64,000 nucleotides of DNA from the human T2T-CHM13v2.0 reference genome, Homo sapiens: assembly GCF_009914755.1 (NCBI RefSeq), contig NC_060939.1. One strand, given 5' to 3'. The notes below the pieces were generated by a model, which saw only the letters and a list, made by a program, of their open reading frames with translations, searched no databases and was not told the DNA's origin. The translations under genes and the position numbers were made by a program. Numbering within the stretch: the first letter of the stretch is position 1; every line of letters starts with the position of its first letter. Shown here piece by piece: positions 1 to 25,022 of the stretch.

Positions 1-227
1 TGCAAATTGACAAAAGATAAACTACACTTGGGAGTAAGTAGAGGCAATACATCAGTAATTTGAATAATCTTCTATTTCATGTAACTAAATATAGCCACCA
101 AGAACTCCTTAATCCACTGCTTAGATACTGAGCTATATCATTCATCTACAGAGAGGAAAACTTAGGGACCATGGCAATTATTTCAAGTCATCCATGAAGA
201 AGTGTTCTTATCTGAAAACATAACGTA

Positions 228-535
<308 letters not shown>

Positions 536-737
536 ACATATTGTATTTTTAATCTGAATATTTTTATCTCAGAGTAACAGAGACCTAACACTCTGATAAT
601 TAAAAAAAAATTAATATTAACCAAATTATTCACATACGTTTTCCAGGTAGAATGGCTTAAAGGAAAAGATAAATCTAGTAATAGTCAGTGAAAAGAATGT
701 ATGTTAACAGTAGCAAACATAAAATATGACTTCTTAC

Positions 738-886
738 CCAACCATTTGTAGAAGAAATAAAGTAAGACCATCATAACACAGCAGATGACCACAAATATTA
801 CAACTGTAAGAGGACTAAAAGTTAAATATTCTTCCTTCTTTTTCCTCATTTCTCTATCTTCAGTTGTCACTGCTTTCAAGTTTTCC
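738..886 (-). CDS. SPPL2A: SPPL2A exon 6 (149 nt; ENLKAVTTEDREMRKKKEEYLTFSPLTVVIFVVICCVMMVLLYFFYKWL)
   Basis: Acceptor tttgtacag|G completes the TTG codon split from exon 5; donor TTGG|GTAAGA; phase 2-1; cumulative CDS 733 nt. Confidence 0.97.
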
Positions 887-1204
887 CTGTACAAACACAC
901 AGGAACTTTAGCAAATCTTAGCCAAGTACAGTTATTTAAAAAATTTATCTCTAACACCAATTTAAATCTGTTTCTGAAGAAAACAATGTATTTTTATTTA
1001 TTAAAATATTTTTATTTTATTATTTTTCTAAGCTATCTTGTTATAGCAAGTAATGTACTTTTTAAAAACTGTACCCTACAAAGAAATATTTAATCTAGAA
1101 AGTAAAAACCTCTTAAATGCTACTCTCCAGAGATGATCTGTTTTCAACCACTAACTTTTGAAACATTTTTTTCTGCAGGCAAAATTGTTGAAAGAGATGA
1201 CGTT

Positions 1205-8037
<6,833 letters not shown>

Positions 8038-8551
8038 TAAAAAGTGACAGTAGTACCATTTTAGTTGGCCTGAATGTTTTCAAGCCTTGAAATAAATCTT
8101 GACTAAGTGAAAAAAAAGATGGACATTACTAACATCCTTAGAATTCCTAAAGCATTAAACAGAATGATGAGGCCACACTGTAATGACCCAGCCCAGGAGG
8201 AGCTGAAAAACTCCCCACTTTCTCTTGCTTATTTTCTTCCAATCTAAATCAATAGGCATATTAGGATATCTCCCATGACCTTTCCTGGGAGACAGAATTA
8301 AACATTTTAACTTAAAAGGGTCTCTGATGTGATGTCAATGTTCCTCTGACAGTGGAAGAGTTAGAGAAATCTGTGACTCTTTTCTCTCTGGTGAAAATGT
8401 AAATGATCTACATGAGGACAAACCTGCAGACTGGGCTTACTGGCATCATATTCTGAGGGCAGATAAATTTTTAAATGTTGTTATATAATTAAAATGATTG
8501 CAGAAATTTTTAACCATTTATTACAAAAACGCTTAAGTTAATTAAACTTAC

Positions 8552-8685
8552 AATTCAACTAGTCCACTCCAGTATCCACCTAATGCCACAGTGAACACCG
8601 CAATTACAAAAATAACCACCATAGTATAATCAAAGTTAGGCCACGATGGAGAATACATTTTCACAGTAATGTTATCTCCTAGAGT
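8552..8685 (-). CDS. SPPL2A: SPPL2A exon 5 (134 nt; TLGDNITVKMYSPSWPNFDYTMVVIFVIAVFTVALGGYWSGLVE, includes first TM helix)
   Basis: Acceptor gcctttcag|ACT; donor TT|GTAAGT; phase 0-2; overlaps ORF 8548..8760. Confidence 0.97.
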
Positions 8686-9169
8686 CTGAAAGGCAAAATA
8701 ACAGTTAAACACAGGAATAACTTTTCTTTCTACTATAGTCATAACAGCAACAGTCCACATTTCACTCTGGAATGGACATTATACATCAGACAGTCAAGAA
8801 GACTAGAATTATTGTCTGATGACATGATATATTCTCTAGTCAAAAGTATGATGATATGCTTTGGTTTATAAAATCTTTAAAGTACAGTGTTCTACACAAT
8901 CATATTTTGTTCAGGAACCTAAAGTTAAGATAAATGACATGACAAGAGATTTTTAAAGAACTGAAAACAAACATCCTTTCTAAAGTTTAGGCTTTGAGAC
9001 ACTTGGTGCCAAATGAGAGATGAGTACTTTCCAAACAAAAACTTGATAGGCCTTATAGCTTCTTGTTAGCAAATGGAGCAAATATAACACTCAAAATTAA
9101 ACATTAGTGATTAAAAATAAAGAGATACAGTATTTATAAACTTTATCTAATATGTAATTGCTAATTTAC

Positions 9170-9259
9170 CTGGTTCATATCTCTAAAGTCTTTGTAGCTT
9201 ATAAATGCAATCAGTATTTTCACATCAGGAAATTCAGATCTGTTACCTGAGGGAGGAAA
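9170..9259 (-). CDS. SPPL2A: SPPL2A exon 4 (90 nt; FPPSGNRSEFPDVKILIAFISYKDFRDMNQ)
   Basis: Acceptor ttcttttttag|TTT; donor CAG|GTAAAT; phase 0-0. Confidence 0.97.
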
Positions 9260-9744
9260 CTAAAAAAGAAAAAATTATGAAAACTTATTTACTACTAATA
9301 TATTTATAGAATAAAATACTATTCCATTAAATATAAATATTACGTCTTTCTTTAAGTTATAAGACAAAATTTCAGGTATTCTTTCTTAACACTCTAAGTT
9401 CTCAAAATTGAATCCTTTTAACATGAACTTAAACTGATAAATGCTATAATATATATAGCATTTATGATATATTCATATTACATATGTGTAATACATATAT
9501 ATCTCTATATATATGCATATATATATATTTGTTCCTAACAAAGTCTTGTCTGCTCTAGGAATAGAAAAACTGAAAAACTTTCCAAGTAAATGCCTATTAG
9601 ATCTTGATTATTTATTTACAAAGAATCTTGCCATCAGATCATTCAAAACTCAGCCTCTAAACCACACACAAAGACGTTAATTCCATTTTTGTGAAATTTC
9701 ACATCATGAACTCAAAATAAGATATGATTGTTTTTATAACTTAC

Positions 9745-9927
9745 TAGGACACTGTTATTGACAACTAACATTGCTTCAGCACCTCCTTTCTGTGCAATTC
9801 TGGCTTTTTCAAGAAAATGGCAGCTTCCCCATGGAACCACAACTGCTTTGCTCTTTATGCCAACAGGAGGAATATCAGAAAGGTTGCATAGTGGTGTGGA
9901 AGTCAGATTCATCAAACTAATGGAAGT
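9745..9927 (-). CDS. SPPL2A: SPPL2A exon 3 (183 nt; TSISLMNLTSTPLC...AMLVVNNSVL, PA domain)
   Basis: Acceptor ttattttcag|ACT; donor CTA|GTAAGT; overlaps ORF 9712..9915; phase 0-0. Confidence 0.97.
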
Positions 9928-10199
9928 CTGAAAATAAGAAATGTCTTTTTAACATGTTAAAAATCTATTTCATCCTAAATGCATTCAGTTATAAATACTG
10001 CCTTTGGTTATCAATATTGGTTTAAGACAATATCTTTTGAATTAGAAATATTTAGGCTTAGAATTAAGTATTTTAAAATTCCCTATTTTCCCAGAGAGAA
10101 AAATACTTGAGAAAAATCAATAATTATTTATTAACAACCGTACATGACAATGGTTCACACAATAAAACATAATTATCAGTCATTCTCACTTCTTCAATA

Positions 10200-10642
<443 letters not shown>

Positions 10643-10692
10643 TCCTTCTTCACTATTTTTATGTTTATGAATAGTAACTGTGATTTACTTAC

Positions 10693-10803
10693 TGCATTTT
10701 CTAGGGTACTTGGAAGAGCTGTCCAATAAGGGTTATAAAGCATGCAGTAGTCCTTGGTTGTGCCATTTCCAGACGCATGCAAGATTGCTTCCTGAGCGGC
10801 TGT
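10693..10803 (-). CDS. SPPL2A: SPPL2A exon 2 (111 nt; [37 protein letters not shown])
   Basis: Acceptor tctcctag|ACA; donor GCA|GTAAGT; phase 0-0. Confidence 0.97.
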
Positions 10804-11098
10804 CTAGGAGACAAACAATAACTTTCAAACTTGCAATGTTATGGCTTGCCAACAACTAAGGATTTTAATAAAGCTATTTATATGCAGGGTTGATCACATT
10901 TCCTTGAGAGGGATGGTCTTCCATGAATTTGTTTCTTCTTGTTTGAGGAAATAAAAAGGATGGTTAGGAATATTAAAACTATACACAATTGCCCAGCACA
11001 CCTTCTTTAAGGAAGATAGGTCACTTTCTTAAGGGAGTAACAATTATGACTCTTGTTATAAGGGCCGTACCCCAGGGAGAATTCTTGCTATGATGTAA

Positions 11099-11545
<447 letters not shown>

Positions 11546-11966
11546 TAAGTGCTATCTTTGGAAGAGAACCAGCTGGAACTTGAAGTAAATTATTCTTGCT
11601 CATGTTTTCAAAATTCTGCAACTGCCTATTCAAAAAGACCAATCCAGAATTTAAAGTACAGAAAAAGAAAAGCGTTGTCTCATTTCCCACTACCTGGAAA
11701 GAAAAGCCAAGAGGTAAGAAGTGATTGGAAAGAATAACTATTGTACCTGGGGGGAGAGGAGAGTATAAAATGAAGAAATATCCAAAAATATTTAGAATAC
11801 ACATCACAATAGATTAAGAGTTCACATCACAATTTCCTTAAAACTTGGCTCAATACAAATCCTTCTCTCGTCCTCTGAGCAAATCTTTTTCTAAACCCGT
11901 AAGGAAGGAAAAAGAAAGAATGCTTGGCAAATGTTGATGTACTAAGCTTCTGCCACCAAAGCACAT

Positions 11967-12049
11967 TATTAGATTGAATCACATGACATTGCTGATATTT
12001 GACCAATTTTAATCTAGAAAACTGGTAGTTTCATACAAGTCAACGTAAG
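11967..12049. mobile_element. MADE2-like mariner MITE (~80 bp)
   Basis: ttagattgaatcacatga...tcatacaagtcaacgtaa: degenerate terminal inverted repeats. Confidence 0.6.
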
Positions 12050-13668
12050 TTTCTAATGAGTATAGAAATGTTCTAATCCCATGCTCTGTTACCTAAAATG
12101 TCCCTTGAACATTTTGGATTAGAGGGTTTATGCCATACTTGGGGCTGCACAGCTTATGGATCTAAGCAAGTATAGGGAATTCATAAAACATGCCATCAGA
12201 TTACATAGAATTAGATAAGGAAATAAGATGTGAAAAAGAGAAATGTAGTTTTCATTCAGCTATATACTTGGTGGCTATGAATGGATTCTGATAGCAGAGA
12301 TGAACTAGTATTTTACATTCTTATGATATAACAAACTACATGCTAGGTTACTTTCATGCATTTTTTCTGATTCAATGTCACTGTTTTTACAAACAAGGGC
12401 TCTGAGACTCAGACAAGTCACTAACGTAACCTACCTAAGGTCATATAGTAAAATCATTTACAGTTCTAGCTAAAGAAGATAATCCTGCAGATAAACATGA
12501 AGGTTGCTTAGATTTAATTTAAACATTTTTGGAAAGAATGCTTCATAAGTGAATTGGGTACTTCTTACTGCATCCAACAAAATAACACATTAACATCATG
12601 ATTTCCTGCACTAGTGATGCTGACTTTGACGATCTGGTTAAGGTGGTAACCGCAGGATTTCTCTAGTGTAAAGACATGTTTTTCCCTTTATGTTTGATGA
12701 GTAAGTAATCTATGGCACCATGTGAACAGCCCAACAGCTTCTTCTCACCAGGATATTAGCCTCCATGATGATCCTTAACTAAATTTAATTTCCCATATCA
12801 TACTAGGGATTACAAAATGGTGAATTTTTAAAATATTGTCATTCCTTCTACCCTTACTGGCTAGTATCCTTTGTTTTTTTCTTTTGTTTGTTTTTTTGTT
12901 TGAGACGGAGTTTCGCTCTTGTTGCCCAGGCTGGAGTGCAATGAATGGCATGATCTTGGCTCACTGCAACCTCCGCCTCCGGGGTCAAGCAATTCTCCTG
13001 CTTCAGCCTCCTGAGTAGCTGGGATTATAGGTGCCTGCCACCACGCACAGCTAATTTTTTGTATTTTAGTAGAGACGGGGTTTTGTCACGCTGGCCAGGC
13101 TGGTGTGGAACTCCTGACCTCAGGTGATCCACCCACCTCAGCCTCCCAAAGTACTGGGATAACAGGTGTGAGCCACTGCACCCAGCCATATCCTTCTTTT
13201 TAAAAGAGCTTTACTCTCTCCCCTACCATCTTTTAGTATCAGTAGAGATGCATTAATTTTTTAAAAATTTCAGTGTGGTATAATTACGATGGTTTGTCTG
13301 ATATTCAAATTGTTCCAAATTTGGTCATTTAGAACCTCTTATAGCTGGCTCTTTGTATCCTTTATGCAAGACTCATGCCTTTAATCCCAGCACTTTGGGA
13401 GGCTGAGGCGGGTGGATCTCCTGAGGTCAGGAGTTCGAGATCAGCATGGCCGATATGGCAAAACCCCGTCTCTACTAAAAATACAAAAATTAGGCCGGGC
13501 GCAGTGGCTCACACTTGTCATTCCAGCACCTCGGGAGGCCGAGGCGGGTAGACCACCTGAGGTCAGGAGTTTGAGACCATCCTGATCAACATGGTGAAAC
13601 CCTGTCTGTACTAAAAATACAAGAATTAGTTGGGTGTGGTAGTGGGCGCCTGTAATCCTAGCTACTCA

Positions 13669-13872
<204 letters not shown>

Positions 13873-14489
13873 CTATACATCCAGATCCAGCCATTCCATT
13901 AAGCTCCTTGTGGAGAGGAAAGATACCCAGATCAGGATCTGGGTCTTAACTGTGCATGCTGCTGCTCAAGTGGTATAACCTTTTTAATAAAAAATGAGCA
14001 GCATCTATCAAAAATTGTAATACATAGAATCTTGTGATTCATATCTACAGATATAGTATGCAAAAGCACAAAAATAAATGTATAAGGATATTAACTGTAA
14101 TATTGTATGTAATAGCAAAAAAACCCAACTTCCACCAATAAGGTAACTGTTACATTATGATATGCACAGTACACAGCTACTCAAAACAAAGAGCTAGATC
14201 TATTTCTAGAAACAGAAGATGTCCATAGTGAGTTTTAGAGTGATATTTATAGTATAATCCTATTTTTATATAATGACCCCTCAAGAAGCCCCTACAATGT
14301 ATCTGTGCATTTATATGAGCTTGAGGAAAAATGTGGAGAGATACATAAAGAGGCTATTAAAAGAAAAGAACATGCAGCAAATTTTGTGAGGGAGCCAGCA
14401 TGCCCAAACAAGTTAAGCCTTTCCATGACATTTTAAATATCTTAGTAAAATTTCTCATAGATATTGCATAGCTTCGAAAATTCAGTTTA

Positions 14490-14700
14490 CTACAATAGAT
14501 ATGGTAGAAAGGTTAAGAGCATGAGTTTTTAAATGATAGTACAAGGATACAATGCTAGTTTCATCATTTACTGGTTATGTTACAAGTTTTTTAACCTATC
14601 TTAAGTTTCAATATCCTCAGCTTTGAGATAACAATAAACACTCAGACCTCACAGTTATGATAAGGATTAAGTTAGATGATGCAACTGTTTATACATATTA
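14490..14700 (+). mobile_element. MIR fragment (others at ~24530-24660, 36390-36490, 48190-48290, 57960-58080)
   Basis: Degenerate MIR core (aagtttcaatatcctcagct..acctcacagttatgataaggattaa). Confidence 0.5.
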
Positions 14701-14980
14701 ATCTCTTAATAAATATATCTAGCACTTTGCCAAGTACTTATGCAATGTAAAAGAAATACAAAAGATTAATGGTTGGAAGATTAGTGGTTACTTGGGTCCT
14801 GGTGGGATGTGGAGATAAGGGGTACAGCTAAAGGACATGGAGTTTCTTTCTCTCTTTTTTTCTTTTTTTTTGAGACAGAGTCTCACTCTAAAGCCCAGGC
14901 TGGAGTGCAATGGCGTGATCTCGGCTCACTGCAATCTCCGCCTCCCGAGTTCAAGCAATTGTCCTGCCTCAGCCTCCTGA

Positions 14981-15480
<500 letters not shown>

Positions 15481-15878
15481 CTTTCTTTTTCTGATGATGA
15501 AAATGTTATAAAATTGGCTGTGGTGATAGTTGCACGTATCTGTGAATATACTAAATACTATCGGCTTATACATTTTAAATGGGTGAATTGTTTGGTATGC
15601 AAATTATACGTCAATAAGGATGTTGAAAAAATAACACAAAACAAGAAAGTATAGTCTTACTGGGGAGATTAAAAGCAAACTTGAAACTGATAATCATGAG
15701 CAGGAAGTAATTAAAGCCAAAGACTTCCTAGCAAAAACTTTAATAGTTTTTAAGTTATTAAAAACGCAAATTGGCCAGGCATGGTGGCTGGCACTTTGGG
15801 AGGCCTAGGTGGGCGGATCAACTGAGGTCGGGTGTTTGAGACCAGCCTGACCAACATGGAGAAACCCTGTCTCTACTA

Positions 15879-16037
<159 letters not shown>

Positions 16038-16157
16038 TCAAAAAACAGAAACGAAAACAAAACAAAAACAACAACAAAAAAAACGCAAATTCGGGGCCGG
16101 GCATGGTGGCCCACACCTGTAATCCCAGCACTTTGGGAGGCCTAGGCAGGAGGATCA

Positions 16158-16682
<525 letters not shown>

Positions 16683-16684
16683 TC

Positions 16685-16721
<37 letters not shown>

Positions 16722-16860
16722 GAAAAAAGCAAATTCTTGGGCCCCATTCCAGACCTACTGAATCAGAAGTTCTGACCAATTTATGTTTTAACAAGCCCTT
16801 CTGGAGATTCTGACATCAGTTAAAGTTTGAGAACCACTGCTATAGGAGCAGTGCTTATAG

Positions 16861-16992
<132 letters not shown>

Positions 16993-17254
16993 TAATAAGC
17001 TCCTAGGTGATGCTGATGGTCAATGGACCCCACCTTGAGTAACAAGGTTATAAAAGAACAGAACAGTGGAAACCACAGTGCTGTGTCAATTAAGTTGGGA
17101 AACATACAGAAAATGGGCTTGAAAGTCAGGGTCTGGACTGGGCGTGGTGGCTCATGCCTGTAATCCCAGCACTTTGGGAGGCCGAGGTGGGCAGATCACG
17201 AGGTCAGGAGATCAAGACCATCCTGGCTAACATGGTGAAACCCCGTCCCTACTA

Positions 17255-17437
<183 letters not shown>

Positions 17438-18025
17438 TCAGGGTCTGTTTGAACATTACAAGTGCCAAATTAGGTGATCCACTCATACTAGTATTAGATC
17501 ATTTGACAAAGATCCTTCCTTTTCACCCTCCAAGTTAGAGACATGCTCCAGAATGTCTGAATTTTCCTTTGTAATAAACTGTGGTCTGGTCTTCTATGGC
17601 TTCATTAAAACCTTAAAAAAAATTCTTTTAGTAAAAAGTTTAGTATCAAGAGCTAAAAGGGGGTGGGCATGGTGGCTCATACCTGGAATCCCAGCACATT
17701 GGGAAGCTGAGGTGGGAAGATCGCTTGAGGCCAGGAGTTTGAGATGAGCCTGGGCAACATAGCCAGACCCCATATCAATTGACAAAAATCATTTAAGAGG
17801 TAGAAGGGATTTAGAAATAACATAATCTAGTCTCTTCATCTTATATATGAAACAGATCCAAAATGACCAAAAGGATGAGGTCAGTCTCAGGACTAGAACT
17901 GGGCTCTCTAAAACCGAGATCAGTAGTCTTTGAAATCTGCTGTCACTTCAAGTCCCTTCACACAGCTAGATCCCCAAGCACCTCATTCTCAGTGCCCAAC
18001 CATCACACTCCAGTTTTAATAATGA

Positions 18026-18344
<319 letters not shown>

Positions 18345-18826
18345 TAGCCAGGATGGTCTCGATCTCCTGACCTCGTGATCCGCCCGCCTCGGCCTCCCAA
18401 AGTGCTGGGATTACAGGCGTGAGCCACCACGCCCGGCCCTAAATCCTTTCCTTATACTCTTCTAAATACTCCCAATTCTAGGACTGTAGAGCTCATGGAA
18501 CTCCTTTCCCTATGACAAATGCTCCTTACTGCTCACCCCCAATCTTCCTTTTACAGGCCAATTCCTTCAGACTGGTCCTGGAATCGAGTGTCCTCCAGGG
18601 CCATCAAATCAAGCTCACAACAGAATCTTTATATTCAGCATCTTATTTGATCCTTACACACAAAGGAAGCAAGTTTACTAGCCCATACTGTGAAGTTCTA
18701 CTTCCTTTTTCTCTGACTTTATGAGGTGCCTGTTATGGTATTCTGGGATCTCATGAACAATTTTAATTTACTTTGTCCAGATCAACTGACTTCAATCATA
18801 TTCCCTATCATTTTCTTTTCAAATTA

Positions 18827-19042
<216 letters not shown>

Positions 19043-19239
19043 TTATAAAAAAAAAAAAAAAAAGGCCGGGCGCGGTGGCTCACGCCTGTAATCCCAGCAC
19101 TTTGGGAGGCTGAGGTGGGTGGATCACGAGGTCAGGAGGTCGAGACCATCCTGGCTAACACGGTGAAACCCCGTCTCTACTAAAAATACAAAAAAATTAG
19201 CCAGGCAATGTGGTGGACGCCTGTAGTCCCAGCTACTCA

Positions 19240-19410
<171 letters not shown>

Positions 19411-19943
19411 TTAGAGTCTCACTCTGTCGCCCAGGCTAGAGTGCAGTGGCGTGATCTAGGCTCACTGCAAGCTCTGCCTCCCAGGTTCACGCCATTCTCC
19501 TGCCTCAGCCTCCCGAGTTGCTGGGACAAGAGCAGGTGCCCCCCTGGCCCATTTTTTTGTATTTTTAGTAGAGATGGGGTTTCACCATGTTGGCCAGGAT
19601 GGTCTCGATCTCTTGACCGCGTGATCTGCCTGCCTCAGCCTCCCAAAGGGCTGCAATTATAGGCGTGAGCCATCATGCCCAGCCATTTATGATTTACATT
19701 AGAATTCACAAACTCAAATGCCTACAAGGCCAGGCAAGTAATATAAATGCTTAAGTCAGAACTGATTTAAGACCATAGGGCATGGTAAAGCTTGGCAAAT
19801 TCTGGCCTAAAAACAATCAACTTAAAAAAAATTTTTACTATCTTCAGGGAAGGGCCTATACTTGGAGACTTTATGGTTTGGATTTTCATAAACGGACCAA
19901 ATTCCAGGTGATTTTAAACAACTGATCAAATATATAATAAGCA

Positions 19944-19989
<46 letters not shown>
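19944..19989. repeat. (TATC)11 tetranucleotide microsatellite
   Basis: Perfect TATC array at the tail position of the minus-strand AluJ at 19990-20260. Confidence 0.95.
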
Positions 19990-20612
19990 CAGGATCTCAC
20001 TCTATCACCCAGGCTACAGAACAGAGGCATGGTTGCAGCTCACTGCTGCCTTCAACTCCTGGGTGACTCACCTCACCCTCCTGAGCAGCTGGGACTACAG
20101 GCATGATCCACTGTACCCGGCTAATTTATAAAGTTTTTTTAAAGATGGGGTCTTACTATTATACTGCGCAGCCTGGCCTCAAACTTCTGGCCTCAAGCAA
20201 TCCTCCTGCCTCAGCCTCCCGAAGTGCTGGTATTACAGGCATGAGCCACCATGCCTGGCCAACTTTTCCTATTTTTAAGCCTTTTCTTATAAATAAAGTT
20301 CACAAATTTATCCTATCAGTCTTATACCCTATTTTTGATTCAGAAAAAAATTATTAGCTGGGTACAGTGGCTCACACCTGTAATCCTAGCATTTTGAGAG
20401 GCCGAGGTAGGAGGACTGTTTGAACCCTGGAGTTTGAGACTAACCAGGGCAACAGAGCAAGATTCTGTCTCTATTAAAACATATATAACCTATTTATATT
20501 ACATTAATAAGAAAAAAAGGCCAGGCGCAGTGGCTCACGCCTGTAATCCCAACATTTTGGGAGGCCGAGGCAGGTGGATCACAAGGTCAGGAGAACAAGA
20601 CCATCCTGGCTA

Positions 20613-20895
<283 letters not shown>

Positions 20896-21118
20896 CTATG
20901 TGATCTAGGATAAGTCATAATTTTCCTGAACCTTCTCAGGATTTTTTGAGTTTCAAAGGAGATTATAGGTGTTGAATTTTGGGAAAGAGATATATAGCCA
21001 TTAGTGACTTAGAAAGGAGCCAATGGGTTGTAGAAATCACAGACAGTTCAGAGGCAAGGTAAAACAAAAATTGTGAAGAACCTGAAAGTTAAAAGGAGGA
21101 AATGTAATAAACCTAGCA

Positions 21119-21802
<684 letters not shown>

Positions 21803-22512
21803 GCAGCTCAGCAGATTTCTTACTGCCTGGGTAGCAGAACATACCTACTTTCCCTTGGAGGTTGAGAGAACAGAGCAGAAGAGAAAGAATTGAAGAATCT
21901 TTGAGTTGGTGTAGTATACAAAAGGAAGGCAAATTTTCAGCAACAGATTTTTCTGCTGGGGATCCTGATTATCATTTCATTGTATCAAGCTCAAGATGCA
22001 GCTATATGCTACTTCAAATTCTTTGAAGAAAAAAAAATCAACAAAACTATTTTTTCATTTGTGTGTGTGTGTGTGTGTGTTTTTAGAGACATGGTCTTCT
22101 CTGTCACCCAGGCTGGAGTACAGTGGCGTGATCATAGCTAACTGCAACCTCAAACTCTTGAGCTTAAGTGGTCCTCCTACCTCAGCCTCCCACGTAGCTG
22201 GGACTAGAGACACAAGCCACCATGCTCAGCTAATTTTTTAATTTTTTGTAGAGGTGGGGTCTTGCTATGTTGACCAGGCTGGTCTGAAACTCCTAGCCTC
22301 AAGCAATCCTCCAAAACAGAACTTTTAAAGACACTATGAGGAAGACTCAGGATTCTTCAAAGAACTTTGAAGCAATTTAAAAAGACAGAGCTGCCGGGCA
22401 CGGTGGCTCACACCTGCAACCCCACACTTTGGGAGGATGAGGCAGGCAGATCACCTGAGGTCAGTAGTTCGAGAGTAGCCTGACCAATGTGGAGAAACCC
22501 CCGTCTCTACTA

Positions 22513-22671
<159 letters not shown>

Positions 22672-22846
22672 TCAAAAAATAATAATAATAAATAAAATAA
22701 AAAGAGCCAGGGCCAAGAGCGGTGGCTCACGCCTGTAATCCTAGCACTTTGGGAGGCCGAGGTGGGTGGATTGCCTGAGCTCAGGAGTTCAAGACCAGCC
22801 TGGGCAACACAGTGAAACCCCGTTTCTTCTAAAATACAAAAAATTA

Positions 22847-22966
<120 letters not shown>

Positions 22967-23138
22967 CTACAGAGCAAGACTCCATCTCAACAAAAAAAAA
23001 AAGAGAGCCAGCATAAACAATATCCATTGTCTTTGAAACAGAATCCCATGACTGCGTCCACACTGAGAAATAAAGTTCTGACCATTGTGACCCAGGGTCG
23101 AGGTTGAACTGGGGAAGGAGAGGTGCAAAATGTAATTA

Positions 23139-23486
<348 letters not shown>

Positions 23487-23730
23487 CTAACTACCTGCTA
23501 GGCGCTCATTTAATTTCTAGACCTAATGGGTTTAAAAAATATTAAAACAGCCAGATGTGCTGTAGCTTCAGTTCAAAATACACAGTGAGGTCACTCTGAT
23601 GTGAAGATGACAAGATGAGGAGGGTAGGCAAATGATCTTTAAGGGCCTTTCCAATACTAAATCCTCTGCCTCTTCTAGATGGATGTGCCAGTGGTTTCTG
23701 AAGACTACGTGCTGCTTCCATTATAGATGA

Positions 23731-24071
<341 letters not shown>

Positions 24072-24692
24072 TGACAGGCGTGAGCCACCACGCCCGGACA
24101 AGTAGTGCCAGTTTCAAGAGCCCAGAGAGGAGAAATGAAATGATTGAGCTGGCATCACTAATCAAAGGAACTCAGAAAGGCTACCTAGAGCTGTAAAATT
24201 AGGGAAGAGGAATAAACAAAGGGCTTCAGGGAGAAAATGGTAGAAGACTTCAGACAGAGTTGGAGGAAAGGAACTAGGTATCCAGAAAGGAGAAAGAACT
24301 CCAGCTGAGGAAAAGGAAACCAGATCTACCCAAGTTCTCAGAACACGAAAGGAATGAGAAAGAACATCTCAGGAAATTAAAGGAAGGAGGAACCAAGAAG
24401 AAAACAAATCCATAAAGAAATCAACAAGAAATAGAAAAATCAGTGATACTAGCTGGTATCGAAAAAAGATCCTTACAATTTAAACAGATATTGTCAGTTT
24501 ATTCAGTCATCAGGACATTACATCCCATATAATAAGATGCACACCAAACATTTGCAGTGTAGAAAAATGTTACTTAATCTTCACAACAACCCTAGAACCG
24601 AGGAATATAGAACCCGAGATTACCATGGTGAGGTACAACAAAGCACATAGGTGCAATATAAAAGGCCTAAAATCGCCGGGCATGGTGGCTCA

Positions 24693-25022
<330 letters not shown>

